A DNA stretch of 64,000 nt from a virus. Within the stretch, counting starts at the first letter, position 1; every line of letters begins with the position of its first letter. The position numbers were made by a program, and so were the translations under genes. The notes beneath the pieces are model-generated. The model did not search any database, was not told the origin of the DNA, and was given only the letters and a program-made list of their open reading frames with translations. This document shows, one piece after another, positions 10,101-20,000 of this stretch. The stretch lies in IMG/VR virus record IMGVR_UViG_3300023184_000082, positions 1 to 64,000 of that record; one strand, written 5' to 3'.

Positions 10101-13100
10101 TCAAAGATATTTGATGGCACCGTTCCTTCAGTTCTTCCAAGACCTATTCATGATAACGAACAATTTTTGCCTGCTGATGAAGAAGAAAAAAATCTTGGGC
10201 GCAAGACAATAGCATTGCAGGACGGAAGAAATTTTACTAAAGAACTTCTCATGCCAGCGCGTTTGCCACAAAGAAGAATTGTAAATGGTCAAATTGTAAA
10301 TCAACTTGATGCTCAAAGCGTGTTTGAGAACTTGTCAGCAAGTGGCGTTACTGTCTCTCTGCCAACTATTGATTACGAAAATGATATTCGAACGTCTCCA
10401 GCGGCAATTCGCGCATCAATGGCCGGGTACGCATCTCCAAGATGGTCAATGCTCATGCTTTTGGGCGACGACGATGAAGAAAACAGCCTCATAAAGAAGT
10501 ATCTTCACGTACCACAAGGCGTTTCTGCCGCGCAGGGCGGAATTGGTCAAAAAATATGGGATCGATTGATAGGCGGCAAGGCGTTGAATGGCATTCTTGT
10601 AGCCGGAAACATTGGATTGGGAAAAGACGAGGATGTTGTTAATCCTGTAACAAAAGAAAAGCTCATGGGAAGCAAAAGACCTTTGAGAATAGATGGATTA
10701 GATAACGAGCTTGGAAGAGCAAGAACAACAAGCGGTGTGTACTTGTCATTTGATCCAAGCCCAGACAACATCACATATGACGAAGACAAAAAACAAGTTA
10801 CTATCAACCAGGCAGTGTTTACACAAGTCAACAAGTCGCGTCAAGGATCATTTTCCAGAGAAAGAAAAATGAATGCTCCGCTTGTCATATCATGGCAAGT
10901 TGACAATGGTCAAACAAAAATAAACATGTCTGACATAAGAAAAAAGCTGTATTTTTTCACACAAATTATCGATGACGATACACAGCAATTTGTATCTGAT
11001 TCGCAAGAAAGACTGGCTATCGACAAGACTGGTCTTGCAACGGATATTATTAGCATTATGCCATCTCATGTCGAACGACTAATGGGCATTGCAAAAACAG
11101 AATCCGATAGAAGAATCGGTGTCGGAATTGCAAGTTTTGAGGATTTGTTTGACGAACAGCATCATGCTTTAGCGAGTGCGTTCAGGGCAATGTGGGAAGC
11201 TCCCACATCATTCGATAGCATTCCCGGTGTTGCTGGCGCACAAAGACAAAAAGCCATCTATGATGCAACGGGTTGGACTGTCAGCGGACCTGATCAAATT
11301 AAAGATGCGTTTCTTTCACCGTCATTTGCTGCCGCTTCCTCATCTTCCACATGGGGGACGCGAGGAATTGTCGTAGGAAGGACAGGTCACAAGGACGAAG
11401 GATCAAACAACGATTTGGCAATAGTTTTTGTTCCAATGAAACCAAGTGAGGCGGTATGGTTTGACGCAACAGATCATGAGGACAGGGCAGCAAAAATACG
11501 CGAAGAAAGACTTGCCGATCAATCCGAGGCGATGGGACATTTTCGAAGCTTATTTCATTCAATCATGACTGGAAGCAGCCATGATCCGCAAAAAACGGTT
11601 CACGAAGAAAAGAAAAAATCGCCATTCTGGCTCTATGGCAAACGTTGGAACATATCATCGTCAACAGAGGATGGAGCAAGATTTGGCAGGCCATTTGCTG
11701 CTGGACCTGAAGCAGCTGCACTTAAAGCCGCAAGAACAATAAATGCGGCAACCAAGAATCCCATGACGCTCGGAAGATTTGTGCTGATGCGCATTGACAG
11801 GAATGAGTTGAATCAAATTCGCAATCAGGATGGAACTCCATCCGATGCATTGTGGGTATCCTTAGGTGATTCAACAGCAGCGGAACACAGAAATCTTTTG
11901 TCAGATGTAACAGAAAAACGAAATGAATACAATAGAGCGCTGACTGCTGCTGGAATTAGTGAAGTTCCAAGAATGTCTCAAATCAGAACATTTTCTTTGG
12001 AATCGCTTTCAGAACAACAACAAAAAATACTGAGAGCAAGAAAAGCATATGAAGAATGGAGGTCCGCAAAAGCAACTCTTGCAGCCAAGAGTATCCAAGC
12101 TCATGATGAAGAAAACTTGATCATTGCAAATCCAGAAAAAGACATTGTGGCATCATGGGATCCAAAGATGACATTGACTCACGAATCTGTCGCAAAAATG
12201 GCGCCATACATGGCGTATTGGTTAACGCAAGTTGCTCAATTGCAAGGCGACAGTGCCGATATCCATTATGGGAAAGCTTTGGATGAAATAGCGAAAAAAA
12301 GAGGATTGTCAGAAGAAAGCAAGTCTATCATAGATAAATTGAAATCAGGAATCCTGGAAAAAGCAGAAACCACACAAATTGCACAAGGAAAGCAGGATCT
12401 GTTACCCGAAAGACACATTCCTGAAACAATGCACAAAAAATCTTCTGAAGAATGGGGAATTGTTGAAATACCGGATTTCATGCTAGTGCCTGATCACAAA
12501 ATACTTGACAGGAAAGTTGGTTTTTCTACGGAAAAGATGATTCAAGTAATTGATCAGCTTCCTATCGGATTAAGAAATCTCATTAGTGAAAAAATACAAC
12601 TTGCAATTATCTCTCATAATGGAGCAAGTCATGAATTTCCCTCTATTATTGATCGAACTACTCCAGAGCCTGTCTATACATGGAGAGATGGAAATGTTAT
12701 TTATGCAAGCACAATAGGAATTGATCCGCAAAATGATTTTCTCAATAATCTTGCGGATATTTTTGCCGGTGAAATATGGTTTCCTGAAGAAGGAAAAGAT
12801 CGTCCCGAAGAAAAACAAACCAATATATTTGGGCAATCAAAAAATGAATCCTATGAAAAATCAAAAGAATACGCAGACGCGGTGGTGAAATATGCGCGTT
12901 CCATTCGTCAACAAGATAACTTTGATCAAATGCAACCAATAAGCAGGAAATGGATTGAGTCAATCATTCAGTGGCATGAAAATGCAATGGAGCAAGCAGA
13001 CGAAAAAGTCACACAACTATATCCCGGCATTAACGAAGAAGACAAAGAATCATACATGCGAAATTATGCGCTCAGTAAAGTTGCATTGAATCTTCATCGA

Positions 13101-16100
13101 GAATGGTTCAAGGCCGTTGTTACGCGTGGTGGCCCGGTTGAACGGTTCGTTCGGGATAACCGAACAAGAACAAGTCAGCCAAAAACGCAATACAATGGAA
13201 CACCTTCTTGGATTGATGCCCATGAAATTGACTCCGGCGCCATGCCAGTAAAATTCTTGCCTTATTATCTTTTGAGCCAAGCCAAGGCCTCATTGAACCA
13301 AGGCAAGCCTCCAGAGCAATGGGAGGGTTGGGATACCATTGCAAGACCACAAATGAAAAGTCTGCTTCGCGGAGAAGAAGAACTGCGTCCATTGATAGAA
13401 AAACGTGAACAACTGGATTCAGAACAAAAAGCCTCAGCACTATATGGTCTTGAAACAGCACTTACATTGGATAGTACTGATAATCGCTACACGGGAGCCT
13501 TGGCGATTACTGCATTTGCGGGAACAGGAAAAACAAGAACCATCGTTCATCGCGTATCAGAACTGGTAAATCTTGGGTTCAATCCAAAAGAATTCTTTAT
13601 TGCAAGTTTTACAAGAAAATCTTCCCAAGACCTTCGGGACAAAATCAATAAGAATTTAATCGAAACCGGTTTTGGCGAAACCAGTCAAGGGGTAACAAAA
13701 GTAGCAGAAGGATTTGAATTTAATGCCCAACAAGTTCATACTTGGCATGGACACGCACTGTTCATGCTCAGGAATGATATTCCCGTGCCATCTGAGCTTT
13801 TGTCTCCCGGACAACAAAAATCTGGTCAACAACTTATTGATCTTTATACAACAGAAGTGTATGACAAGGCATCAAAAACTATCATTCATTACAAAAATGA
13901 ATTTTACACTGCAGACAACATAAGAGTTATAGATGATCAAAGACCTGAGGACAAAAATCTTCTTATGAGATTAATGAGAAGATCTTTTCGAGACTTGAAG
14001 TTGCCAACGTCCACAGTGAAAAATGGCAAGAGAGTATCAAGGCTGGATGATTTTCGTTCGTTTATTGATCAAGTAAAAAGCTTGGGAATAACTCCCGCAC
14101 AATATGAGCAACAACTTGATATTGCTGGGGAAACTGATATCCAGACACGTCATTTTTCAAAAGTATACGCAAGATATCAGGCGCTCATGGCAGAACAAGG
14201 CCTCGTTGATCAAACAGATTTGCTCAACATGGTTGTATCCATATTGAAAAGAAACCCAACAGTTCTATCGATGTACCAGCAAAAATACCGACAGTTCATC
14301 GTTGATGAGTACCAAGATCAAAACGGCGCACAGGAACAATTGCTGCAATTGCTTTCAGATAAAAAGAAAGGAGGATCAGGAAACGTTACGGTAGTTGGTG
14401 ATCCTAGGCAAGCAATTTATGGATGGCGCGGATCCACGCCGCAATACCTGAAAGATTTTGCAGATAACTATAAATACACAAACTCCAAGGGCGAGACCAT
14501 TGTTCCCGGGATGATGACCATCAAAACAAACTATCGGTCAACCGAAGAAATCGTCGACGTTGGGAATACCATCAGGGGAACAGATGAGTCTGGTTTTTCT
14601 CACGCAAAAATGCAAGCAAATCCAGCAGCACTCAAGGGATCTCCAGTAGAGATTGTTGCTTGTGATGATGAGAATTCTCAAGCAAATTTCATTGCAGATG
14701 AAATCAAGAGACTTGTTGGCAAAAATCACAGCGACACAATGACTCCAAAGATGGCATCGTCAGTTGACGAATCATTATCGACCCCCGCATATGGCGACAT
14801 GATGGTCGTAACCCGGCTTCTGTACCAAGCGCGAACCCTTCAGCGAGAGCTGCAATCAAGAGGAATTCCTGCAACCATTGATCATGGCGAATCATCAGTA
14901 TCATCATCAAGAGAAAGGACGATGAGCGTTCCTCAAATAATACGGGGACTCCTAGAATCAAGCAATGAAAAAGATTCCGCACATCTCAATGAGCTTGCTG
15001 ATATATTTTCACTTGCAAAAGACGCATTATCCAACAACGCGTCGTATGGTTCGTTGCCCGAAACGTCTCAGAATGGAAAAATTTCTGTATTGACAACCAT
15101 TGCAAGACTTCTAAAAAGAAATAATTCCACATTAAGATATGATCAAATGAACAAACTGCTGGCAGCCTACGACGTGACGATGGAAAATGCACAGACACGA
15201 AATGAAAAAGTATCTCTTATGAGATTCATATTGGACAATCAGGAAGAAAAACGTTTTTTTACCGCCGCACAATGGAGATCACTGAGCCCCGTTGCTGAAT
15301 CCATAGAAGCCAACAATGATGGGGAAGGAAGATCATTATCAAAGATACTCATGCATGCCATAGGTGAAACTTCATTGTTTGGAAAAAAATTAAGAAACAT
15401 AGCAAGCAAATCAATCATAAACAAGACATTTGATTCGACAGAGGTAAGAAAATTTCTTGCTGATTTGAACTTTGAAAATCTTTCAGTCGGACAAATACAA
15501 AGAAAAATTGATAATTTGGAGAACAGGCTCAATCAAATTTCCGACAAGAGAGTTGACGATCAAGAATTGGCGCAGAAAAAAATTCGACAGACAGGAAATG
15601 CTGTCCGCATCCTCACAATTCACGTTGCAAAAGGAACGGAAGCCCGAGTAGTTTTCAATGCTTATTGGAATGAAGGATCAATACCCATAGCAAGAAGTGA
15701 AAACAGGGGACCTGAATCAAGGCAAGAAGAAAGAAATCTTGCGTATGTTTCCTCAACTCGCGCAAAAGAAAGGAATTATTTTGTTTATCCAAAAAAGACA
15801 ATAACCAAGGCAAAATCTGTTCGTTCAGTAAATCCATCACGATTCATCGGAGAAATTCCAGAAAAAAATTCAAATTATTCCGAATATGAAAATGGCATAA
15901 GAACATACAAGCGTCATCCAAGCACAGATTTGGGTCAACAAATTGAGCAAATTGTTCAAGATCCATCAATGTTGCTGGAAAGTTTTGGCATAGAGCCAAC
16001 AAAAGATCTTGAAAATCTTGTTGACAAATTGCGCAGGATGTGGGCAGAGCCACAAGAGTCAACAGCGCCTTCGGGCGGGTCATTCCGACAAGTGTTGTTC

Positions 16101-16709
16101 GATGGCGTCCCTTTCCAGTCTCAATTCACGATCAATCCGTGGGGATCCCTGCCACAGGCAAACAGTGGAAATGTGCTAAATGGTCAATACGCAGGAGAGA
16201 CAGGCGCTGGTTCAACAGGAAATGTCACAAGGGTCAGAAACGTCCGAGGAACAGGAACGCCAGAGCCGGAAGAGACCGCAACGAGCAGGGCAATGGACAT
16301 ACTCACGGGACGTGTAAAAGCTACGGCAACAAAAGCCCGGGTTGCTCCTGCTCCGGCGGTAAATATCATCAAGGCAATCAAGGGTTCAATCCTAGATGAT
16401 TGGCATGCAGTGATATCAAGCGGAGAAGAACCCGATGTTCCCGATGCAATAGATCTCATTATCAAATACCTAAGCAAAAAGCCGCGCGATCAAAAAACAA
16501 TCCGACAACTATTTGATCTCCCGTCATACACCATGCCAAGCGACGAAGAACTTGGTGTGGGGGAGTGGTCGACTGATAAGGAGTATTGGGACGCTGTCCT
16601 CCAAGACGCGGCCCCAAATAATAATGAGGAAATGCAAAAGAAAATCGATGAGATTATAGAACAACTCACCAAGGAGAAAGGTGAATCAGCAAGCCCTCGT
16701 CTTGTGTGA
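4101..16709 (+). CDS. Giant polyvalent protein (4202 aa) with C-terminal UvrD/PcrA-type SF1A helicase
   Basis: Uninterrupted 12.6-kb ORF, GAGGA SD; helicase motifs I-VI all present. Confidence 0.92.
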   Translation: MVVVFRKSEEGPSSRSVPLGFFGSSTPRRPAAPKVDVSPEPVAEPAAPPEARPESRHLPVEYIGNARGRRQASRVTGRGIAPPTNLAIAEALTKVRAKDGGPLGVSRYTGLAPDRLRVDDDADAITDLYKPGANQPVVLGATLNRVATAPGVFNLNPTMDTSIAGIQSANGDEIAPEINGNLVRVLRHHLHVESDGTTARLKHIDAPGAARVEALFPRLGPFGVHQARQEIEDSRTGAEGDQSGTSRMVLMPSENGFKFVRGLPPVVPGTDDFRDNGILHPAHTLGVPLFAGVAQGANNISGTKTSVTGKPQRDVYSTKPFLEEAQEVLSIIKAKTIELEKPTTTASERERLQAEITKLHSARQLMLNPDVAAGFRDALFAGSNQLGRRYIGLAPGVFGGPSSPQEWNSAEERKAAYATIESSRSMLSRGMHNGLFPFLHEDGMKRIFAKQSVDIDGKPAVNSEFFDVVGTRATLEVPVLPNTSHAPDAMKTHIVNASRLFAPIRATMDDSVLFLNPNDEQKGEYKPAYVVMTINSRSTSGKTTSLRILDDPRLRYRASTLASGLQSFSHWGVALTDQGAGHSRAITYWSQKLAETTRKLILQKGTSAQYDVFADPEIIEINKKLNAAKAAQIKTDTEVARRKDGKRPRGFKESIGTKENPIQLPMAGYGGLSSTPVPILDPKTEISGQLYAFNPLVPGQSISAISMHPSSVDNVTGLTESPWYRLQTDRKLTPSKDSEKLSQEVLSQESLAQSGLRALVISQGVDGYAMVLKSPDGHVIQAHGFQWSPAVLAVHPPIFRDKSGTTLPSGSLFGAAISNTVETFNRSVEEYGHIRRIQSQIIYDDDDKETEQADILGKAIEKREDPFALYRETPLWSPVFDKNGDPIPGQFEQSPNHNSLTMSDPGHYALDDFGVWRFFSGISSDTAMEYGIHNFPTKMMRGGVNHDAFYPHDVGGKSRWNRKTTRTTGVDESWPDRGGDSGWAVPGQRFSYDRFNGTPERYVLTGDAVRQYQIANPERRALSDRISREIYDLQMQRHSMASGRYTVIAQRERTKSTRKLGKYSEDTKKDWETVATKWATTTFMENIPTISSAENDPNRNSMPVAEFLAEGIKTFLCQDQQFIHHFSQNIEKPEIQEAIASVLCQKFGVASLEDLDAQTKELINTTMKEATSNATTIREKEEKDKDNEIEDLVITDLHGQDIVTGSYRLFSRPAKGAVHMPCALMDNDDKETILFFPRDPEDKNNLFLGMRAGNRIEWVDGKKVISNAIPENRGDHNSPIFIKSVSVTPNGSYCTLSKSQEMFSDELKAHIEQYNPTKTKTDGSLLVRISQDELVPILPSQIRPYDGFIEQHGEELPSSLFTNMLLSKKQRESAEKENNNETIREEIIRYLNNVATKRDPLQASGVDANGNIIPNERSGFLRKIGIDIGVEDSHYMFASMNPDDYTWIKESIPETIDLQDPMYYLASRITPNTTGSFNAIRKSRQSADQQDYNIQLWSLNNMQKVARALVVKRADAINGKYDVKSLVVPSKYTDDEDQEITLEADDDYKKIMQEDDDIPIEHLKDPNQAMQTLILALEMDAFRSITPHGKGGYDEKGNADSDGEYDEHGNHILEFIEIPKEITDISQNSAMKQFKDAYGYAISDQYIKLIGMNGLLSELLNSRNEETLSDLKSVHPEIGAMFEKALNISDRYAKTNDKEEKSRLRTEGLEISQDIVYAQMSDVFKRIKGYSALSPLQKLAFVELDNVGIVGNFNKLRMGVPKSSYQLDGTDVSDEQCQEAALVIHGLASSSVAGNHMANNKGLYRSDGTQKIEIMQHQINPDAFQAVFIKGKLTHVRALDYPEIDPKIRDLAKLSEQVAFKGNPSEAKLDEMIKIIADYPECQAELIKAKNTFMDRGELSRTDRLKIIQTVGVRLGLSPEDLPYGMLKNIKDNITTAMALTVASQAQMHAMWTHRKQEDQLTAGQEKPIKRPGLGVTLNALPLGLSGEHQALADHGHSDGSKIFDGTVPSVLPRPIHDNEQFLPADEEEKNLGRKTIALQDGRNFTKELLMPARLPQRRIVNGQIVNQLDAQSVFENLSASGVTVSLPTIDYENDIRTSPAAIRASMAGYASPRWSMLMLLGDDDEENSLIKKYLHVPQGVSAAQGGIGQKIWDRLIGGKALNGILVAGNIGLGKDEDVVNPVTKEKLMGSKRPLRIDGLDNELGRARTTSGVYLSFDPSPDNITYDEDKKQVTINQAVFTQVNKSRQGSFSRERKMNAPLVISWQVDNGQTKINMSDIRKKLYFFTQIIDDDTQQFVSDSQERLAIDKTGLATDIISIMPSHVERLMGIAKTESDRRIGVGIASFEDLFDEQHHALASAFRAMWEAPTSFDSIPGVAGAQRQKAIYDATGWTVSGPDQIKDAFLSPSFAAASSSSTWGTRGIVVGRTGHKDEGSNNDLAIVFVPMKPSEAVWFDATDHEDRAAKIREERLADQSEAMGHFRSLFHSIMTGSSHDPQKTVHEEKKKSPFWLYGKRWNISSSTEDGARFGRPFAAGPEAAALKAARTINAATKNPMTLGRFVLMRIDRNELNQIRNQDGTPSDALWVSLGDSTAAEHRNLLSDVTEKRNEYNRALTAAGISEVPRMSQIRTFSLESLSEQQQKILRARKAYEEWRSAKATLAAKSIQAHDEENLIIANPEKDIVASWDPKMTLTHESVAKMAPYMAYWLTQVAQLQGDSADIHYGKALDEIAKKRGLSEESKSIIDKLKSGILEKAETTQIAQGKQDLLPERHIPETMHKKSSEEWGIVEIPDFMLVPDHKILDRKVGFSTEKMIQVIDQLPIGLRNLISEKIQLAIISHNGASHEFPSIIDRTTPEPVYTWRDGNVIYASTIGIDPQNDFLNNLADIFAGEIWFPEEGKDRPEEKQTNIFGQSKNESYEKSKEYADAVVKYARSIRQQDNFDQMQPISRKWIESIIQWHENAMEQADEKVTQLYPGINEEDKESYMRNYALSKVALNLHREWFKAVVTRGGPVERFVRDNRTRTSQPKTQYNGTPSWIDAHEIDSGAMPVKFLPYYLLSQAKASLNQGKPPEQWEGWDTIARPQMKSLLRGEEELRPLIEKREQLDSEQKASALYGLETALTLDSTDNRYTGALAITAFAGTGKTRTIVHRVSELVNLGFNPKEFFIASFTRKSSQDLRDKINKNLIETGFGETSQGVTKVAEGFEFNAQQVHTWHGHALFMLRNDIPVPSELLSPGQQKSGQQLIDLYTTEVYDKASKTIIHYKNEFYTADNIRVIDDQRPEDKNLLMRLMRRSFRDLKLPTSTVKNGKRVSRLDDFRSFIDQVKSLGITPAQYEQQLDIAGETDIQTRHFSKVYARYQALMAEQGLVDQTDLLNMVVSILKRNPTVLSMYQQKYRQFIVDEYQDQNGAQEQLLQLLSDKKKGGSGNVTVVGDPRQAIYGWRGSTPQYLKDFADNYKYTNSKGETIVPGMMTIKTNYRSTEEIVDVGNTIRGTDESGFSHAKMQANPAALKGSPVEIVACDDENSQANFIADEIKRLVGKNHSDTMTPKMASSVDESLSTPAYGDMMVVTRLLYQARTLQRELQSRGIPATIDHGESSVSSSRERTMSVPQIIRGLLESSNEKDSAHLNELADIFSLAKDALSNNASYGSLPETSQNGKISVLTTIARLLKRNNSTLRYDQMNKLLAAYDVTMENAQTRNEKVSLMRFILDNQEEKRFFTAAQWRSLSPVAESIEANNDGEGRSLSKILMHAIGETSLFGKKLRNIASKSIINKTFDSTEVRKFLADLNFENLSVGQIQRKIDNLENRLNQISDKRVDDQELAQKKIRQTGNAVRILTIHVAKGTEARVVFNAYWNEGSIPIARSENRGPESRQEERNLAYVSSTRAKERNYFVYPKKTITKAKSVRSVNPSRFIGEIPEKNSNYSEYENGIRTYKRHPSTDLGQQIEQIVQDPSMLLESFGIEPTKDLENLVDKLRRMWAEPQESTAPSGGSFRQVLFDGVPFQSQFTINPWGSLPQANSGNVLNGQYAGETGAGSTGNVTRVRNVRGTGTPEPEETATSRAMDILTGRVKATATKARVAPAPAVNIIKAIKGSILDDWHAVISSGEEPDVPDAIDLIIKYLSKKPRDQKTIRQLFDLPSYTMPSDEELGVGEWSTDKEYWDAVLQDAAPNNNEEMQKKIDEIIEQLTKEKGESASPRLV
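13410..15860 (+). other. UvrD/PcrA/Rep helicase domain within the 4202-aa protein
   Basis: LDSEQ; AFAGTGKT (I); SFTRKSS (Ia); HTWHG; IVDEYQD (II); VVGDPRQAIYGWRG (III); NYRST (IV); LTIHVAKGTE (V); EERNLAYVSSTRAKE (VI); PSRFIGEI. Confidence 0.95.
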
Positions 16710-16736
16710 TGCAGCATGCGGCTCAATCAATCGGCA

Positions 16737-16745
16737 TGCTATACT
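16737..16745 (+). promoter_or_regulatory. Extended -10 element TGCTATACT
   Basis: Directly upstream of AAGGAG SD and ATG 16761. Confidence 0.5.
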
Positions 16746-16760
16746 TTCCACAAGGAGAAC

Positions 16761-17048
16761 ATGATGGCCATTACCAAGAAGAACGAAAACTTTTATTACG
16801 AGTATGACGAGGATAACGAAGACGGCACGACAAATACCGTTTGGATGCCTGTTGAAAAACTCAAGGGAAGGCAGAGAAAGCAAGCCATCAACGAGCTTCA
16901 GCGCGGTCGATCAGCAAATGTCAAGAATCGCGATCTGGAAGAAAGCGAAAATCTTCTTAAGTGGATGAAGAAAAAGAAATCATTTTCTGGCCGAGATATT
17001 GCGAAACTTGAACAACGCATCTCGGCAGAAAAAAAGCTTTTCGATTAA
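16761..17048 (+). CDS. Small charged hypothetical protein (~95 aa) between the two giant genes
   Basis: AAGGAG SD before MMAITKK; acidic N-half, basic C-half. Confidence 0.75.
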   Translation: MMAITKKNENFYYEYDEDNEDGTTNTVWMPVEKLKGRQRKQAINELQRGRSANVKNRDLEESENLLKWMKKKKSFSGRDIAKLEQRISAEKKLFD

Positions 17049-17066
17049 AAATCCAAGGATTATGCA

Positions 17067-20000
17067 ATGATTCCGGATAAAACAGGGGAGATTTTGTCGG
17101 CAGTCCATGCTCAAAAAACTGGCGGCATTCCAGATACCGCTGCACGTGGTGGGGGCTACATAGTTCAGCACAAACCTGACGTACCTCGTCCTGATGAACC
17201 AGGATCACTTGCATTGCCTCTTGTTGATCAGGCTCATGTGCGCAGTTCAGGAATGAGCGCTAGCGCAATAAGCAGTGATGTTGCAGATATTGGCACCATG
17301 CCGCCTTCTTCCCTGACGCATGGGTCGCCAATGATAACTGCAATGCAAACACCGCGGCAAACTGAACCAAAATGGACAGAAAATGGTCTTCAATATATCA
17401 TCAATGGGCAACCTGTAAATGTGCTGTCAAATGGTCAGGATTTGTCGGTGCAGCTTCCAACGGTTACCGGCGCTCCTACTGCACCTCTAGGCAAGCCTGA
17501 GGATGTATCGTCTCACTTGCTGTTTGATCCATCAAAAATTTCACGCAATTCAGGCGGATTGGATAATCTTACATCACAGCAGCTCGACCGTATAACTGCA
17601 TCGATAGGCGCACATGAGGCCAATCAAAAACTCTTGTTCGGGATACAGCGGATCTTCCGTGACGGAGGAAGGGATCCTGCTGCTGGGGAGCTGACACAGA
17701 AACAAAAAGATGATCAGCATAAAGACAAGAAATATGCCAGTCTTGAGCGAAAATACACAAAGGATGGACGCTTGCTTCTGGATGCATTGCCCCTTACAAC
17801 TCTCACATCGCTGGCAAGTACAGCCCGTGATCGCGCCAATGCTGCCTACAAGGCGTGGTACGAAAACTCAGGCCCACTTGAAGGAAAAGCAACAAAAGCC
17901 GATATCAATCAATTGCAACAAATGCGCATGTCTCGCAAAAAACAGTTTGAGTACGGTTTTGAGCCCGGCAATGGCATCATGCGGGTATTCACACTTGACG
18001 ACGGTCGAAAATTCTCCGAGCCAGTTATTCCCGGAAAAATATCCACCTCAAGGGAATTGCCTGATTCCGTGGATCATTTTTCCGGAGTATTATTTCCGGG
18101 AGATCTTGCTCAATCCGAAGACGAGTTGATAAAGTTTTTGGGCAATCCATCGTATCACCGCGATGCATCCGGAAAAACTGTTCTGGAAGCTCATAGCGAT
18201 GCGATGAGAGGCTTCATGGACAATCATCTTGAGCAAGGCATTTTCCCAATGTTGGGAGATAACCGACCAATTTCCAGAGAAACATCGCGTACACCTAGTC
18301 GTGCGGAAGGTATCGCCGGAGAAGAGTCTGCTGCGTCCAAGACTGCATTGGTCGAAGAGAGGGTTAAGGATGACTTTGCTCTTCTCATGGATGAAGTTGC
18401 CGAGAAAAGGGCTTCCATGGAGATTGCCCTGCAACAAATCCTTGAGACAATTGCATCGCCTACAGAAAAGTTGGATCTTCCTGAGATCTTTAAAAAAATA
18501 GAAGCCTTGGGCGACACTAAGCTTCCTGAAGCAAAAAAGTTGGAAGAAGAATCCATAGGCGTCCTTCAGCAACGTGAACTGCAGGAAAAAATACAGGCTA
18601 TCAAGTTTTCTGATGGAAAACCATTACGATTGGAAGATCTCATTTCCCCTGCTGTCGATTCCGACGGGAATTCACTTCCGGGTTCATTGCTTGTCAATAT
18701 GTCGACACATGGATTCATAGGAAAAACCGCGGCAACTCCTGGCGCGAGGCATCCACTAGCGTCTGTCGCAGCCATTGAGGCGCAAGCCTACAACACGGGA
18801 AGGATCAGCAAGGGACTTACGACACTTGATGCAGCCAAAGCACGTATTGATCCGGACAATCTCAAGAAAGAAAAAGATTTTGCCGAAAAAATCAAAGCCT
18901 ATTTACAGCAAGCAATGGAAGCATCTCTTCTCAAGTACCGAGCTGATACTCAGCAAACAATAAAAATCCCAACGTTACGTCAAAAAGTACCCCTCCCTGT
19001 TGACGCTGCAATGAAATTTCACAAAAAGCAATTATTTTCCGCACTGCAAATACCAGTGACGACAGGCGTGGATGTAAAAAAATACGCAATGAGACTGCCT
19101 CAGGACCAAGGATCCGAAAAATTAGTTCCAGTCATACGTCTTGTAGACCTCAGACCCGACGAATTTGTCGATCAAGTATCATCCTCAATTTTCAGCCGTG
19201 ATGAAGCAAATATTTTTGATACTAAATTAAGTGCTGCGTATGAAAATTTCTCAAGTGCCAAACAAAACATGCAGACGGTTTCAGGGCCCGAAAGCGAAGC
19301 GGCGGTTGCCAATGCACGACAAGGAATTGAGAATGTACTAAAAGAAAATCTTGTCTTGAATGAAACTGAAAGACAAAGCATAGAAAATATAATCGGAAAA
19401 GATGCCAGTCCATACATAAATCTTGTGAAAAAAGCTCTTCCTAAGGCATTGTTTGACTCATGGCTTGACAAAGTGAAAAATGGCAATTTTCTAGGCGCCC
19501 TGACAATCATGCGGGATCGACTTGACGCAAGTTCCACAAAAACCGCAGCACAACAAAAAATCAAGGCAGACCTTGCGGAGTACACAAGACAATTAAGAAA
19601 TGATGTTTCCTATTATATTCGATCAGAAGGCGAACAAAGCAAAACCCCTACGGGATTATTTTCGCCGAGAATCATTCGCGAAAAGTCACAGAAATTCACG
19701 CCGTATGAAGATTCTACGAATGCCGCATTGTTCAGAAAAGCATATCGGCAATCATTGATAAATTCAGATTCAACGTTATTGGATCCGCAATCATTCGATG
19801 ACGACAAAAGTCCGGAAATGGCAAAGTTTATTGATCAATACCCTCATGTGCTGGTTGATTCCGGACAAGCAGACATCAGGAGTTGGTTTTCCGAGTCAAT
19901 ACTCAATGCTGCAAAAGACAGGTTTCTTTCATATGAGATTCAACCCAAGAATCCATCAAATATTATACTCCAGTCAACGAGCGCTGCGCAGGAGGCGAGA

